Assembly (NCBI GenBank): GCA_035403785.1
Contig: DAONFW010000005.1
Span: 3,045 to 67,044, forward strand
From: Minisyncoccota bacterium
Lineage (GTDB): Bacteria; Patescibacteriota; Minisyncoccia; Phycocordibacterales; UBA9973
Reading direction: 5' to 3'
DNA: 64,000 bases
The first letter of the stretch is position 1. Each line of letters opens with the position of its first letter. The notes beneath the pieces were generated by a model. It was not told the origin of the DNA, searched no databases, and saw only the letters and a program-made list of their open reading frames with translations. Positions 50,152-59,427 of the stretch are shown piece after piece. The translations under genes were made by a program, and so were the position numbers.

Positions 50152-50871
50152 TTATTTATTTTCTTTTAATCTATCGAAATTTTCTTGCATATTTTTTGCT
50201 AATTCTTTTACTTGACTACGCGTTCTTTTTATTATCTCTCTTAAATCAAGTCTATCTTTTTTTGACACCCTATCTGCCATTGAAGAAGAAATTATTTCTC
50301 CACTTTTTTTATATATCCCAGACATATCTTTTCTTGCATAAATATTAGGAATTCCCCCATTCCCTATTGCATATTTTTCTAAATCAATCTCATTAATATG
50401 ATTATCTACATTACCAAAACCCAAAGTAGCAACTTTATATGAAATATTAAGCTCTTCCAATGCATTTAATAAACACTGAATAGTTCTTCCGGAACCAATA
50501 AAATCAGTGACAAGCAATACTTCTTTTGATGGATCATGTTTCAAATTTTTCATTAAATGCTCCTTTATGTCTAACTGAAATTTTTCAACATCTTTAGTTT
50601 CTCCAAGCCCCGCAATAAATAATATTTGCGGCTTTTCAACATTTTTATTTTTATACTCATTGCCGAGAAATTCATGAAAAGCCAAAGCTGGAACTCTACC
50701 AGAGACATCATCTCCGATGATTGCATCGAACTTACAATTTTCTATATCAGTCTTAACTTTTTCTAAAATATCATTAATTTTAGGACTCATACTATCTACG
50801 ATATTTTCTACATCGTCTTTATTTCCAATAGGAATTTTTTTCTTAAAATTTGGTAGTTCTATTTTAAACAT
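50152..50871 (-). CDS. Hypothetical protein with a PRTase-like motif
   Basis: VLLVTDFIGSGRTI resembles a PRPP-binding loop. Confidence 0.6.
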   Translation of the reverse strand: MFKIELPNFKKKIPIGNKDDVENIVDSMSPKINDILEKVKTDIENCKFDAIIGDDVSGRVPALAFHEFLGNEYKNKNVEKPQILFIAGLGETKDVEKFQLDIKEHLMKNLKHDPSKEVLLVTDFIGSGRTIQCLLNALEELNISYKVATLGFGNVDNHINEIDLEKYAIGNGGIPNIYARKDMSGIYKKSGEIISSSMADRVSKKDRLDLREIIKRTRSQVKELAKNMQENFDRLKENK

Positions 50872-50872
50872 A

Positions 50873-51349
50873 TTAAAATTTATTTATTCTTCTAACATGC
50901 TTTTCTTCTTCTGAAAATTTCGTGCTTAAAAATAATTCGCAAGCAAACTTAGCTTCATCTTCTGTTACAAATCTTGCACCGATAGATAAAACATTTGCAT
51001 CATTATGCAGACGTGCCAATTTCACTATTTCAAAAGTTTCAGAATTTTTATTCTCACCATTTTTCATCTCTTCCTGCCCATAAAAAACCGCAGCCCGCAC
51101 ACCTTCTGTTCTGTTAGCACACATTGCTTCACCTTGTCCTGAACCACCCAAAACTATTCCAAAACTGCCCTTATCTTTTGCAACGGCTTCAGCAACTTGT
51201 TTTACATAATCAGGATAATCGTCATCTTCTACTAAATTAAAAGCGCCGAAATCTTGAACTTCGTAACCTAATTCAAGTTCTTCCAAATACACTTTTAATT
51301 TTTCTTTTAATTCAAACCCTGCATGATCTGTGCCTATGTATATTTTCAT
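50873..51349 (-). CDS. rpiB: Ribose-5-phosphate isomerase B
   Basis: MKIYIGTDHAG, DDYPD, GGSGQGE, ARLHNDANVL. Confidence 0.93.
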   Translation of the reverse strand: MKIYIGTDHAGFELKEKLKVYLEELELGYEVQDFGAFNLVEDDDYPDYVKQVAEAVAKDKGSFGIVLGGSGQGEAMCANRTEGVRAAVFYGQEEMKNGENKNSETFEIVKLARLHNDANVLSIGARFVTEDEAKFACELFLSTKFSEEEKHVRRINKF

Positions 51350-51353
51350 CTTA

Positions 51354-52067
51354 TTATTTTTTTCTATTTCCATATGCTATATATAAAATTAAATGATAAT
51401 AAACCAAAGCGAACAATACAAAAGACACTAATGCCATCAGAGGAATTATAATTGCAACTTCTATATAATATAAAGCATTCGCTCTATAGTTTATGATATT
51501 AGCCGATAAGTTTTTTATCTCTTTAAAATCTTTATCATAAATATTTGAGTCATTTATAAAACATTTCCTAGTTGAATCTTTAAAGATTTTATCTTGCGTT
51601 ATATTACTAAAATCTTCAATATTCATAGCAATCTTTTTATAACCTAATTGATTTTTATAATCTTCATAAAAAATTTTGATTATATTATCTTGATACTTCT
51701 CTGGCGCTTTAAGGCAAAAAGATTTGCCTAAAGAATGCAAAGAAATATATTCAATTTTATTATTTAATAAAACGCCGAAACTTCCTTTCTGTTCAAAAAA
51801 TTTTGGAATAGTATTCTCATAATCTTCTCCATTGTAGTTTTCCGTGTATTTATATAAAGTATTATTTATATGTATATTATGTTTGCTTAAAAGTTCCGTA
51901 TCATTTGGATATGATATCAACATTATATAAGAACCAATGGTTATTAAAAAAAACAATACTAAAAAAATTACTTTTATTAATCTATGCCACCAATGTTTAT
52001 TAAGCTCCAAACCATCTCTAAACAACCATGCTTTTGCTTTTTTATATACGATAGTTATTTTTTTCAT
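51354..52067 (-). CDS. Hypothetical two-TM protein
   Basis: TM segments at both ends around a soluble loop; ATG 1 nt after the gap stop. Confidence 0.65.
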   Translation of the reverse strand: MKKITIVYKKAKAWLFRDGLELNKHWWHRLIKVIFLVLFFLITIGSYIMLISYPNDTELLSKHNIHINNTLYKYTENYNGEDYENTIPKFFEQKGSFGVLLNNKIEYISLHSLGKSFCLKAPEKYQDNIIKIFYEDYKNQLGYKKIAMNIEDFSNITQDKIFKDSTRKCFINDSNIYDKDFKEIKNLSANIINYRANALYYIEVAIIIPLMALVSFVLFALVYYHLILYIAYGNRKK

Positions 52068-52068
52068 A

Positions 52069-53112
52069 TTATTTAATACTTCCCCCTGTTTTAACCACAT
52101 GATCCACTAATGTATAAGTATACCCCATTTCATTGTCATACCAGCCAAGAACTTTTACCAAATTTCCACCGACAACTCGTGTCATCTTCAAGTCAGCAAT
52201 TGACGCATGGGATTCGCCCAAAATATCTGACGAAACCAAATCTTCTTCTGTCACTGCAAAAATCTTTTCCCATCTTTTGTCTCGCGCAGCTTTTTTCAAA
52301 ACATTATTTACTTCTTCTACTGTTGTTTCTTTTTTAGAAATGAAAGTAACATCTGCAATAGAACCAGCTGGAACTGGAACTCTTAGAGAAATTCCATCGA
52401 AAAGTCCAGTTAGTTCAGGAAATGCTTTTGTCACAGCAATCGCTGCACCAGTTGAAGAAGGCACGATATTTTGTGCTGCGGCGCGACCTTCTCGGAAATC
52501 TTTTTTGTTTGGACCATCAACTATTCCTTGCGATGCAGTATATCCGTGCACTGTATTTAAAATTGCTTTTTCTATTCCTAAAACTTCGTGTAAAATTGCG
52601 ATTAGTGGTGAAGCAGCATTTGTTGTACAAGAAGCATTTGAAGTCACATCACAAGTTCCAAATTTTTCTTCGTTCACTCCCAACAAGATAGTCTCACCGT
52701 GCACACTGTCATCTCCGCCTTTTGCTGGTGCTGATATCACAACTTTCTTTGCTCCAGCTTTTATATGCGCTTCTGCTTTATCATAAGAAGTGAATAATCC
52801 AGTTGATTCTACAACCACGTCTACGCCCAAATCTTTCCATGGCAAATTTGCTGGATCTTTTTCTGCTAGAACTTTTACTTTCTTCCCGTCTATAATTATT
52901 TCCTGACCTTCAACTTTTATATCATGATTCCAATTTCTATATACAGTATCGTGTTTTAATAAATAAGCCATATTCTGAACGTCGCCCAAATCGTTTACGG
53001 CTATTATTTCAATTTCTGGTCTATCCCAAGCTACTTTCAAAAAAGCTCGGCCGATACGACCAAAACCATTAATTCCTACTTTAATTTTGTTATTTTTATT
53101 GAATAATTTCAT
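52069..53112 (-). CDS. gap: Glyceraldehyde-3-phosphate dehydrogenase, type I
   Basis: GINGFGRIGR, SNASCTTN, WYDNE. Confidence 0.97.
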   Translation of the reverse strand: MKLFNKNNKIKVGINGFGRIGRAFLKVAWDRPEIEIIAVNDLGDVQNMAYLLKHDTVYRNWNHDIKVEGQEIIIDGKKVKVLAEKDPANLPWKDLGVDVVVESTGLFTSYDKAEAHIKAGAKKVVISAPAKGGDDSVHGETILLGVNEEKFGTCDVTSNASCTTNAASPLIAILHEVLGIEKAILNTVHGYTASQGIVDGPNKKDFREGRAAAQNIVPSSTGAAIAVTKAFPELTGLFDGISLRVPVPAGSIADVTFISKKETTVEEVNNVLKKAARDKRWEKIFAVTEEDLVSSDILGESHASIADLKMTRVVGGNLVKVLGWYDNEMGYTYTLVDHVVKTGGSIK

Positions 53113-53158
53113 ACATCTATTATACCAAATACCAACAAAAATATGCTAATATAAAAAC

Positions 53159-53445
53159 ATGAATCCCGTTAGAGATCATATATGTTTTATTACACTTATA
53201 TTTTAAAAAGCAAGAAAGATGGTAAAATTTACACAGGAAGTACGAGCGACTTACGGAAGCGCCTTATCCAGCATAATACTGGAAAATCTACCTACACGAA
53301 AGGAAGAGGCCCATTCATAATTATTTATTACGAAGCGTGTTTATCAGAAGAAAAAGCAAGGTCGAGAGAATTATATTTAAAATCGGGAATGGGCAGGCGT
53401 TATCTTAGAAATAGATTAGGCGCTTCCTATCTCTAACGGGATGAA
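53159..53445 (+). mobile_element. Putative inverted-repeat-bounded element carrying a GIY-YIG nuclease, inserted at the rsmE start codon
   Basis: Perfect 14-bp IR 53163-53176 / 53429-53442; ATGAA repeated at 53159 and 53441. Confidence 0.75.
53182..53436 (+). CDS. Stand-alone GIY-YIG nuclease (84 aa)
   Basis: YTYILKS..IYTGST.DL.KRL.QHN, YYEA..A..RE..LK; stop codon lies inside the right IR. Confidence 0.9.
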   Translation: MFYYTYILKSKKDGKIYTGSTSDLRKRLIQHNTGKSTYTKGRGPFIIIYYEACLSEEKARSRELYLKSGMGRRYLRNRLGASYL

Positions 53446-54136
53446 AATCCACAGATTTATAGACCAAAATTTTGATTTAAATAATAAAGAACTAGAAATA
53501 ACTGGTGAAATAGCGCATCAGGTTATAAAAGTATTAAAATTTGAAATTGGTGAAAAAATAGAACTTTCTGACGGTAAGGGCGCTGTTGGAATTGGAAAAG
53601 TTAAGAATTTAAGTAAAAATACTGTTTTAGTAGAAATAGAAAAAATAGAGAAATTAGAAGAAAATAAAAAAACTACACTATTCTGCGCAGTTTTGAAAAA
53701 AGAAAATTTTGAACTAGTAGTACAAAAAGCAACTGAATGCGGAATTAAAAAAATAGTGCCAATCATCACAGACAGAACGATCAAAACAGGTTTGAAATTA
53801 GATAGATTAGAAAAAATTGCAAAAGAAGCATCTGAACAATCCGGCAGAAGTATTGTGCCAGAAATTTCTGAACCAGTTAGTTTTGAAAAAAGTTTAGAGT
53901 TAATTAATAAGACAGATTTAAATATTTTATTTGATATCTCAGGTGAAAAATTTTCTGAAATAAATTTAAATGATTTTGAAAAAATAAATATTTTTATCGG
54001 ACCCGAAGGTGGTTGGACTGATAACGAAATAAAAAAAATGAAAAATTTAAATTTTAAAATTGCATCACTTGGCAAATTAACTTTGCGTGCAGAAACTGCG
54101 GCAATAGTTTCAAGTTTTTTAGTATCAAATAATTAA
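53441..54136 (+). CDS. rsmE: 16S rRNA m3U1498 methyltransferase
   Basis: QKATECG, EASEQSGR, FIGPEGG, LRAETAA. Confidence 0.94.
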   Translation: MKIHRFIDQNFDLNNKELEITGEIAHQVIKVLKFEIGEKIELSDGKGAVGIGKVKNLSKNTVLVEIEKIEKLEENKKTTLFCAVLKKENFELVVQKATECGIKKIVPIITDRTIKTGLKLDRLEKIAKEASEQSGRSIVPEISEPVSFEKSLELINKTDLNILFDISGEKFSEINLNDFEKINIFIGPEGGWTDNEIKKMKNLNFKIASLGKLTLRAETAAIVSSFLVSNN

Positions 54137-54231
54137 AATAAAATATTGGGAAAAAGAAATAAAAAAAAACGCGCAACAGATTCATCTGCTACGCGTCATC
54201 AATCATTGTCAACCAACTAGTCCTAGCAGGA

Positions 54232-54885
54232 CTATTTCTTTTTTTTACCGCCGCCACCAATTGGGATTGCATAAGTATACGACAATCCAATCTCGTAATG
54301 TTGCTTCGGAGTACTCCAATTATGTCTTGAATGTCGATCATGATATACACCAAACGGTTCTAAATACAAAGTAAATTTATGCCGGTACGGGGCGTCTCCA
54401 CGAAGCGGTATTGGAATCGAAAACTCGGTTCGTAAACCAAATGTATTTCTGGACAGAAAACTAAAACCAAAGAGGTCTCCCGTTTCAAATCCATATCCCA
54501 CACTCATGTTCTGGCCGAACGTAATGTATTCAAAAAGCCCGACACCAAACCATTTATTTGGATGATACATAGCATGAACACCCAAGAACTGCTTGCCGAG
54601 GAAATTTATACCAACATCGGCTAAAGCTGTAACCATGTGTTTGGTTGTTCCGTTAGACAACTGAATCCCAGCACCAACATTGAACGGCCTTCTAATCGAG
54701 CCAGAAAATTCAAGTGGCACACCTGTAACAGAATATCCTCCACCGCTTTTGTCAGATTTACCTGATTTTTGCGTTGTGTTTTTGGCCGTAGAACCGGCCG
54801 TTGTGTACTGTGCCATCGATACTTCCGGCACAAAGAAGCAGGCCACAAAAAGGGCCGTTGCGAAAAATAACATTAATTTTTTCAT
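54232..54885 (-). CDS. Secreted hypothetical protein, beta-strand rich
   Basis: Signal peptide, alternating G/aromatic/hydrophobic segments; own promoter 54950-54977. Confidence 0.7.
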   Translation of the reverse strand: MKKLMLFFATALFVACFFVPEVSMAQYTTAGSTAKNTTQKSGKSDKSGGGYSVTGVPLEFSGSIRRPFNVGAGIQLSNGTTKHMVTALADVGINFLGKQFLGVHAMYHPNKWFGVGLFEYITFGQNMSVGYGFETGDLFGFSFLSRNTFGLRTEFSIPIPLRGDAPYRHKFTLYLEPFGVYHDRHSRHNWSTPKQHYEIGLSYTYAIPIGGGGKKKK

Positions 54886-55028
54886 TGTTTCTGGATTTAA
54901 TGATTATTATTTATATTTATTTATTGACAAATTTCGAAGGTTTGTTATAACTATACCAAATTCAAGTGAAAAGTCAAGCATTTTCTTACAAATTTTTTTA
55001 ATAACTTTTTTGTGTTATTATATGTGCA

Positions 55029-58000
55029 ATGGCCTCAAAATTTGTGCATCTTCATACACATTCGCATTATTCCCTACTAGACGGGCTTTCTAAAATTGAG
55101 AACATTGTTGATATTGCAAAAAAAAATAAAATGACTGCTGTTGCTATTACAGATCACGGCAACATGTACGGTGCAATTGAATTTTATAAACTCGCAAAAA
55201 AAGAAGGAATCAAATCTATCATCGGAGTTGAAGCATACATCGCAGAACGTGGACGAAAAGACAAAGAACCTGGCATAGATAATAAAAGATATCACTTAAC
55301 ACTTTTGGCAAAAAACAAAACGGGATACAAAAATCTAATGCGTCTTGTTACTCTTGCCAACCTTGAAGGTTATTATTACAAACCACGCATGGATAAAGAA
55401 ATTTTGCACGAATATTCTGAAGGAATTATTTGTTTGTCTGGTTGTATGGGCAGCCAACTTTCTCAAGCTGTGATTGCAGATAATTTAGAAAGAGCAGAAG
55501 AATTAATAAAAGAACATCAAGAGATTTTTGGGAAAGAAAATTATTTTTTAGAAGTACACTCACATCCTCATATTGAGAACGACAAAAAACTTCGAGATGG
55601 CATAGTAGCTCTAGGAAAAAAATTTAAAATTCCTGTAGTCGCCGGGCAAGACTCGCATTATTCTTGTATTTCAGATCAAGATGCACACAACACTTTGCTT
55701 GCGGTGAATACTGGAGTAATAAGCGGAAAAGAAGGAACGGGATTAGAATTCGGTGTAGATGATTTTTCTTTGATAGACGAAAAGACTGCTTTGAAATATT
55801 TTGAAGATGTTCCGGAAGCGGTTCATAATACAGAAATTGTTGCAAATATGTGCGAAGAGTATGATTTAGAATTGGGTAAAGCTTATTTTCCAGATTTCCC
55901 TATTCCAGAAGATACAACAGCTGACCAAATGCTAAGAGATTTGGCTTACAAAGGTTTTGAATTTCGAGGATTACCACAGACAAAAGAATACATAGACAGA
56001 CTAGAATACGAACTGCAAATTATTAAACAAAAAGGATATCCTACTTACTTTTTGGTGGTTTCTGACTTGTTAAAATTTTCTCGTGAAAATGGAATCTATA
56101 CAAATATTCGAGGATCGGTCGCTGGATCTCTAACTACTTATTTAACTGGAATTACAAAAGTTGATCCGATCGCCTATAAACTGCCTTTCGAAAGATTTTT
56201 GAATCCAGAAAGACCATCATTGCCCGATATCGATATGGACTATGCTGATAATCGTCGTGAAGATGTTATTGCTTACGCAAAAAGTAAATACGGCGAAGAC
56301 AAAGTTGCCCAAATCGGTACTTTCGGCACAATGATGGCAAAAGGTTCTATTCGTGATGTTGCTCGTGCGCTTGGTTATCCATACGCTGTTGGAGACAGAA
56401 TTTCAAGCATGATTCCCCTCGGTTCACAAGGAATGCCGATGACTATTGATCACGCGATGGAGCTTGTTCCGGAATTAAAAGAAGCATACAAAAAAGAACC
56501 AGACACAAAAAAAATAATAGATTTAGCAAAAAAAATGGAAGGCTGTGTTAGACATATTTCTGTGCATGCAGCTGGAGTTGTGATGGCACCAAAACCTCTT
56601 TATGAATTTACTCCAATTCAGTATGACCCAAAAGGTGGAAATATTATCACGCAGTATGACATGTATAGTATTGAAGACGCCGGTTTGCCCAAATTTGATT
56701 TTCTTGGAATAAGAAACTTAGCTATTTTGGCGCTTGCCGTAAAGCTTGTAAAGAAAATTTACAACATAGACATAGATATGGATAGAATTCCATTAGATGA
56801 CAAAAAAACCTTCGCTATGCTGGCAAAAGGAGAAACAATGGGACTTTTTCAACTAAACGGCGGCGGTATGACGAAAGCTTTGAAAGAGCTGAAACCAACT
56901 AACATTCATGACATAAATGTGATGGTGGCTCTTTATCGCCCCGGACCGATGGATAACATTCAGGAATACATGGACCGAAAGCATGGCAAAAAGAAACCTG
57001 AATATATGCATCCAAAAATGAAAAATTTTCTAGACACAACTTTTGGTGTGTTGGTTTATCAAGATGACTTGCTCATGACGGCTATTGAAGTCGCAGGATA
57101 TTCTTGGGGTGAAGTAGATAAATTCAGAAAAGCTGTTGGTAAAAAAATTCCAGAAGAAATGGCCAAACAGCATGTTAAATTCGTGGACGGTTGTCAAAAA
57201 CATGGCGGCCTGACAAAACAAAAAGCAGAAGAAATATGGAAGCTTTTCGAACCATTTCAAGGTTACGGATTCAACAAAGCGCACGCAGCAAGTTATGGTT
57301 TCGTTGCATATCAAACAGCATACATGAAAGCTAATTATCCAGTAGAATATATGACTGCTGTTTTGACTTCAGAATCTGGTGATGTAGAAAAAATTGCTGA
57401 AATAGTAACAGAATGTAAAAAAATGAACATAGAAGTTTTGCCACCAAACATAAACGAAAGTTTCGGTGATTTTACTATTATAAAAGGCTCTGATCACAAA
57501 GAAGGAAGAACTATTCGTTTTGGGCTCTATACTATAAAAAATCTCGGCACCGATATTGCTAATGCGATAATAGAAGAAAGAAAGAAGAACGGCAAATATA
57601 AATCAATAGAAGATTTTTTTGAAAGAGTAAATCACAAAAATTTAAACAAAAAATCCGTTGAAGCTTTGGCAAAATCAGGAGCAATGGATGATTTCGGAAA
57701 AAGAAATGATATTATTGGAAATTTAGAAAGATTGCTCGCTTTTAATAAAGAAATAAAAACTTCATCTGCTCAAACTTCTCTATTTGGTTCAGTTGGCGGA
57801 ATAAAAACAAAATTAGACTTAACTCCACAACCTGAAGAAACAAAACAAGAAAGATTGGCTTGGGAAAAAGAATTGTTGGGTTTATATATTTCAGGACATC
57901 CATTAGACAGAATTCGTGACAAATTAGAAAAGAAAGAAATAAATATCAAAAAAATCAAAGAAGAATTTGGAGAAAACAAACCGGTAACTTTTGGCGGTAT

Positions 58001-58220
58001 GATAGAAACGGTCAGACAAGTTATGACAAAAAAGAACGAACGTATGGCTTTTATAAAAATAATAGACTTGAATGACTCAATAGAAGCAGTTGCTTTTCCA
58101 AGATTATTCCAAAGTTCAGCTGATGTTTTAGTCTCAGAAAAATGCATCGCTCTGACTGGAAAAGTTTCTATCAGAAATGGTGAAAAAAGTATAATTATAG
58201 AGGGAGTGAAAGAGATATAA
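55029..58220 (+). CDS. dnaE: DNA polymerase III alpha subunit
   Basis: FVHLHTHSHYSLLDG PHP domain, FERFLNPER..PDIDMD, YGFNKAHA. Confidence 0.98.
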   Translation: MASKFVHLHTHSHYSLLDGLSKIENIVDIAKKNKMTAVAITDHGNMYGAIEFYKLAKKEGIKSIIGVEAYIAERGRKDKEPGIDNKRYHLTLLAKNKTGYKNLMRLVTLANLEGYYYKPRMDKEILHEYSEGIICLSGCMGSQLSQAVIADNLERAEELIKEHQEIFGKENYFLEVHSHPHIENDKKLRDGIVALGKKFKIPVVAGQDSHYSCISDQDAHNTLLAVNTGVISGKEGTGLEFGVDDFSLIDEKTALKYFEDVPEAVHNTEIVANMCEEYDLELGKAYFPDFPIPEDTTADQMLRDLAYKGFEFRGLPQTKEYIDRLEYELQIIKQKGYPTYFLVVSDLLKFSRENGIYTNIRGSVAGSLTTYLTGITKVDPIAYKLPFERFLNPERPSLPDIDMDYADNRREDVIAYAKSKYGEDKVAQIGTFGTMMAKGSIRDVARALGYPYAVGDRISSMIPLGSQGMPMTIDHAMELVPELKEAYKKEPDTKKIIDLAKKMEGCVRHISVHAAGVVMAPKPLYEFTPIQYDPKGGNIITQYDMYSIEDAGLPKFDFLGIRNLAILALAVKLVKKIYNIDIDMDRIPLDDKKTFAMLAKGETMGLFQLNGGGMTKALKELKPTNIHDINVMVALYRPGPMDNIQEYMDRKHGKKKPEYMHPKMKNFLDTTFGVLVYQDDLLMTAIEVAGYSWGEVDKFRKAVGKKIPEEMAKQHVKFVDGCQKHGGLTKQKAEEIWKLFEPFQGYGFNKAHAASYGFVAYQTAYMKANYPVEYMTAVLTSESGDVEKIAEIVTECKKMNIEVLPPNINESFGDFTIIKGSDHKEGRTIRFGLYTIKNLGTDIANAIIEERKKNGKYKSIEDFFERVNHKNLNKKSVEALAKSGAMDDFGKRNDIIGNLERLLAFNKEIKTSSAQTSLFGSVGGIKTKLDLTPQPEETKQERLAWEKELLGLYISGHPLDRIRDKLEKKEINIKKIKEEFGENKPVTFGGMIETVRQVMTKKNERMAFIKIIDLNDSIEAVAFPRLFQSSADVLVSEKCIALTGKVSIRNGEKSIIIEGVKEI

Positions 58221-58296
58221 AAAATTGGAAAGAAAAAATCCACTTTGTGTAACGAAAGAGGATTTTTTCTCTTTCCACAAAGTGGATTAATATTTA

Positions 58297-58629
58297 TTAT
58301 TTTTTAGGTCTCTCAATAATTGCCAGTACCAATGCAAAAAGCATCACAAAGTAAAACAAAACGCCCTGTAAAATTGTTTTACTCATTTCACCCATGGAAT
58401 TCGGCACGCCACACAAAGATATATCTATTGCAATTAATGAAATAACAGCATTTAGGAACCTCACATCGCCCGAAGAATAACCTGGAAATATTGCTATATT
58501 AACGGAAAAAGATACTAACACACTCATTATTAAAGTATTAACAAAATCCCATTCCCCACACAGCATGAAAAAAAAGAATATTGCTATAGATATCAAAATT
58601 GAAAACATTAATTTAATTAAATTTTTCAT
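58297..58629 (-). CDS. Hypothetical four-TM protein
   Basis: 110 aa hydrophobic; own promoter TTGACT-17-TACTAT (58766-58794). Confidence 0.65.
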   Translation of the reverse strand: MKNLIKLMFSILISIAIFFFFMLCGEWDFVNTLIMSVLVSFSVNIAIFPGYSSGDVRFLNAVISLIAIDISLCGVPNSMGEMSKTILQGVLFYFVMLFALVLAIIERPKK

Positions 58630-58842
58630 AGTTTTAAATTTAAAAATTAATAATTAGAAGATTAGTAAATCATCTTGAATTACAAAAATAAACCAAGATG
58701 ATTCACTAATCCCCATCTAAAAACTTAAAATTATGAATATATAAAAAGAGCAGTTTACAAGCTAAATAGTAGTATATTTAGATAGAAAAGTCAAGAGTAA
58801 AAAACCTTGTTAATAAAGGAAATTTTGGTAAGAAATTGTATT

Positions 58843-59427
58843 TTAATTATACAAACTCATCGCTTTTTCTTTCCCTTCTGTAAAAATAACTTCTACTATT
58901 TCTGCAATTTTTTTAGATATTTTTTTAAGCTCATCTAATTCTGGTTTCTTGAATTCTCCCATCAGAAATTTTAAAACAGCTTCTTCCCCTTTTGGTTTTC
59001 TTATTTTGCCACTCGGTGTGGTCGGAGAAACTCCAACTCTTATTCTAGTAAACTCTTCTGTCTTTAATGACTTTATTATAGAGTTAACGCCGTTATGCCC
59101 ACCTGATGATCTATTGAAAGAAATTTTTATTTTACCCAAAGGCAAATCCATATCATCATAAATCACTACAATATCTTTTAAATTTAATTTATGTTTATCT
59201 TTCACATGTGCGACTGCAACACCTGAATTATTCATGAATGTAGTAGGTTTAATATATTCAACTGGTTTACCAGAAATAGAATCTTTATAAAAGAGTAATT
59301 TTGTATGTTTGCTTCCTTGCCAGTCAACTTTTTTTCCCAACATAAAATCGAGCACAATCCAACCAGTATTGTGACGTGTATTTTCATATTCTTCTCCTGG
59401 ATTTCCCAGTCCAACAACTAATTTCAT
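58843..59427 (-). CDS. pth: Peptidyl-tRNA hydrolase
   Basis: LVVGLGNPG..TRHNTG, KPTTFMNNSG, GGHNG. Confidence 0.96.
   Translation of the reverse strand: MKLVVGLGNPGEEYENTRHNTGWIVLDFMLGKKVDWQGSKHTKLLFYKDSISGKPVEYIKPTTFMNNSGVAVAHVKDKHKLNLKDIVVIYDDMDLPLGKIKISFNRSSGGHNGVNSIIKSLKTEEFTRIRVGVSPTTPSGKIRKPKGEEAVLKFLMGEFKKPELDELKKISKKIAEIVEVIFTEGKEKAMSLYN

Noticed and set aside
52133-52786. Long antisense ORFs (e.g. 13311-13958, 18956-19504, 52133-52786, 53518-54075)
   Set aside because: Antisense shadows of well-supported genes.
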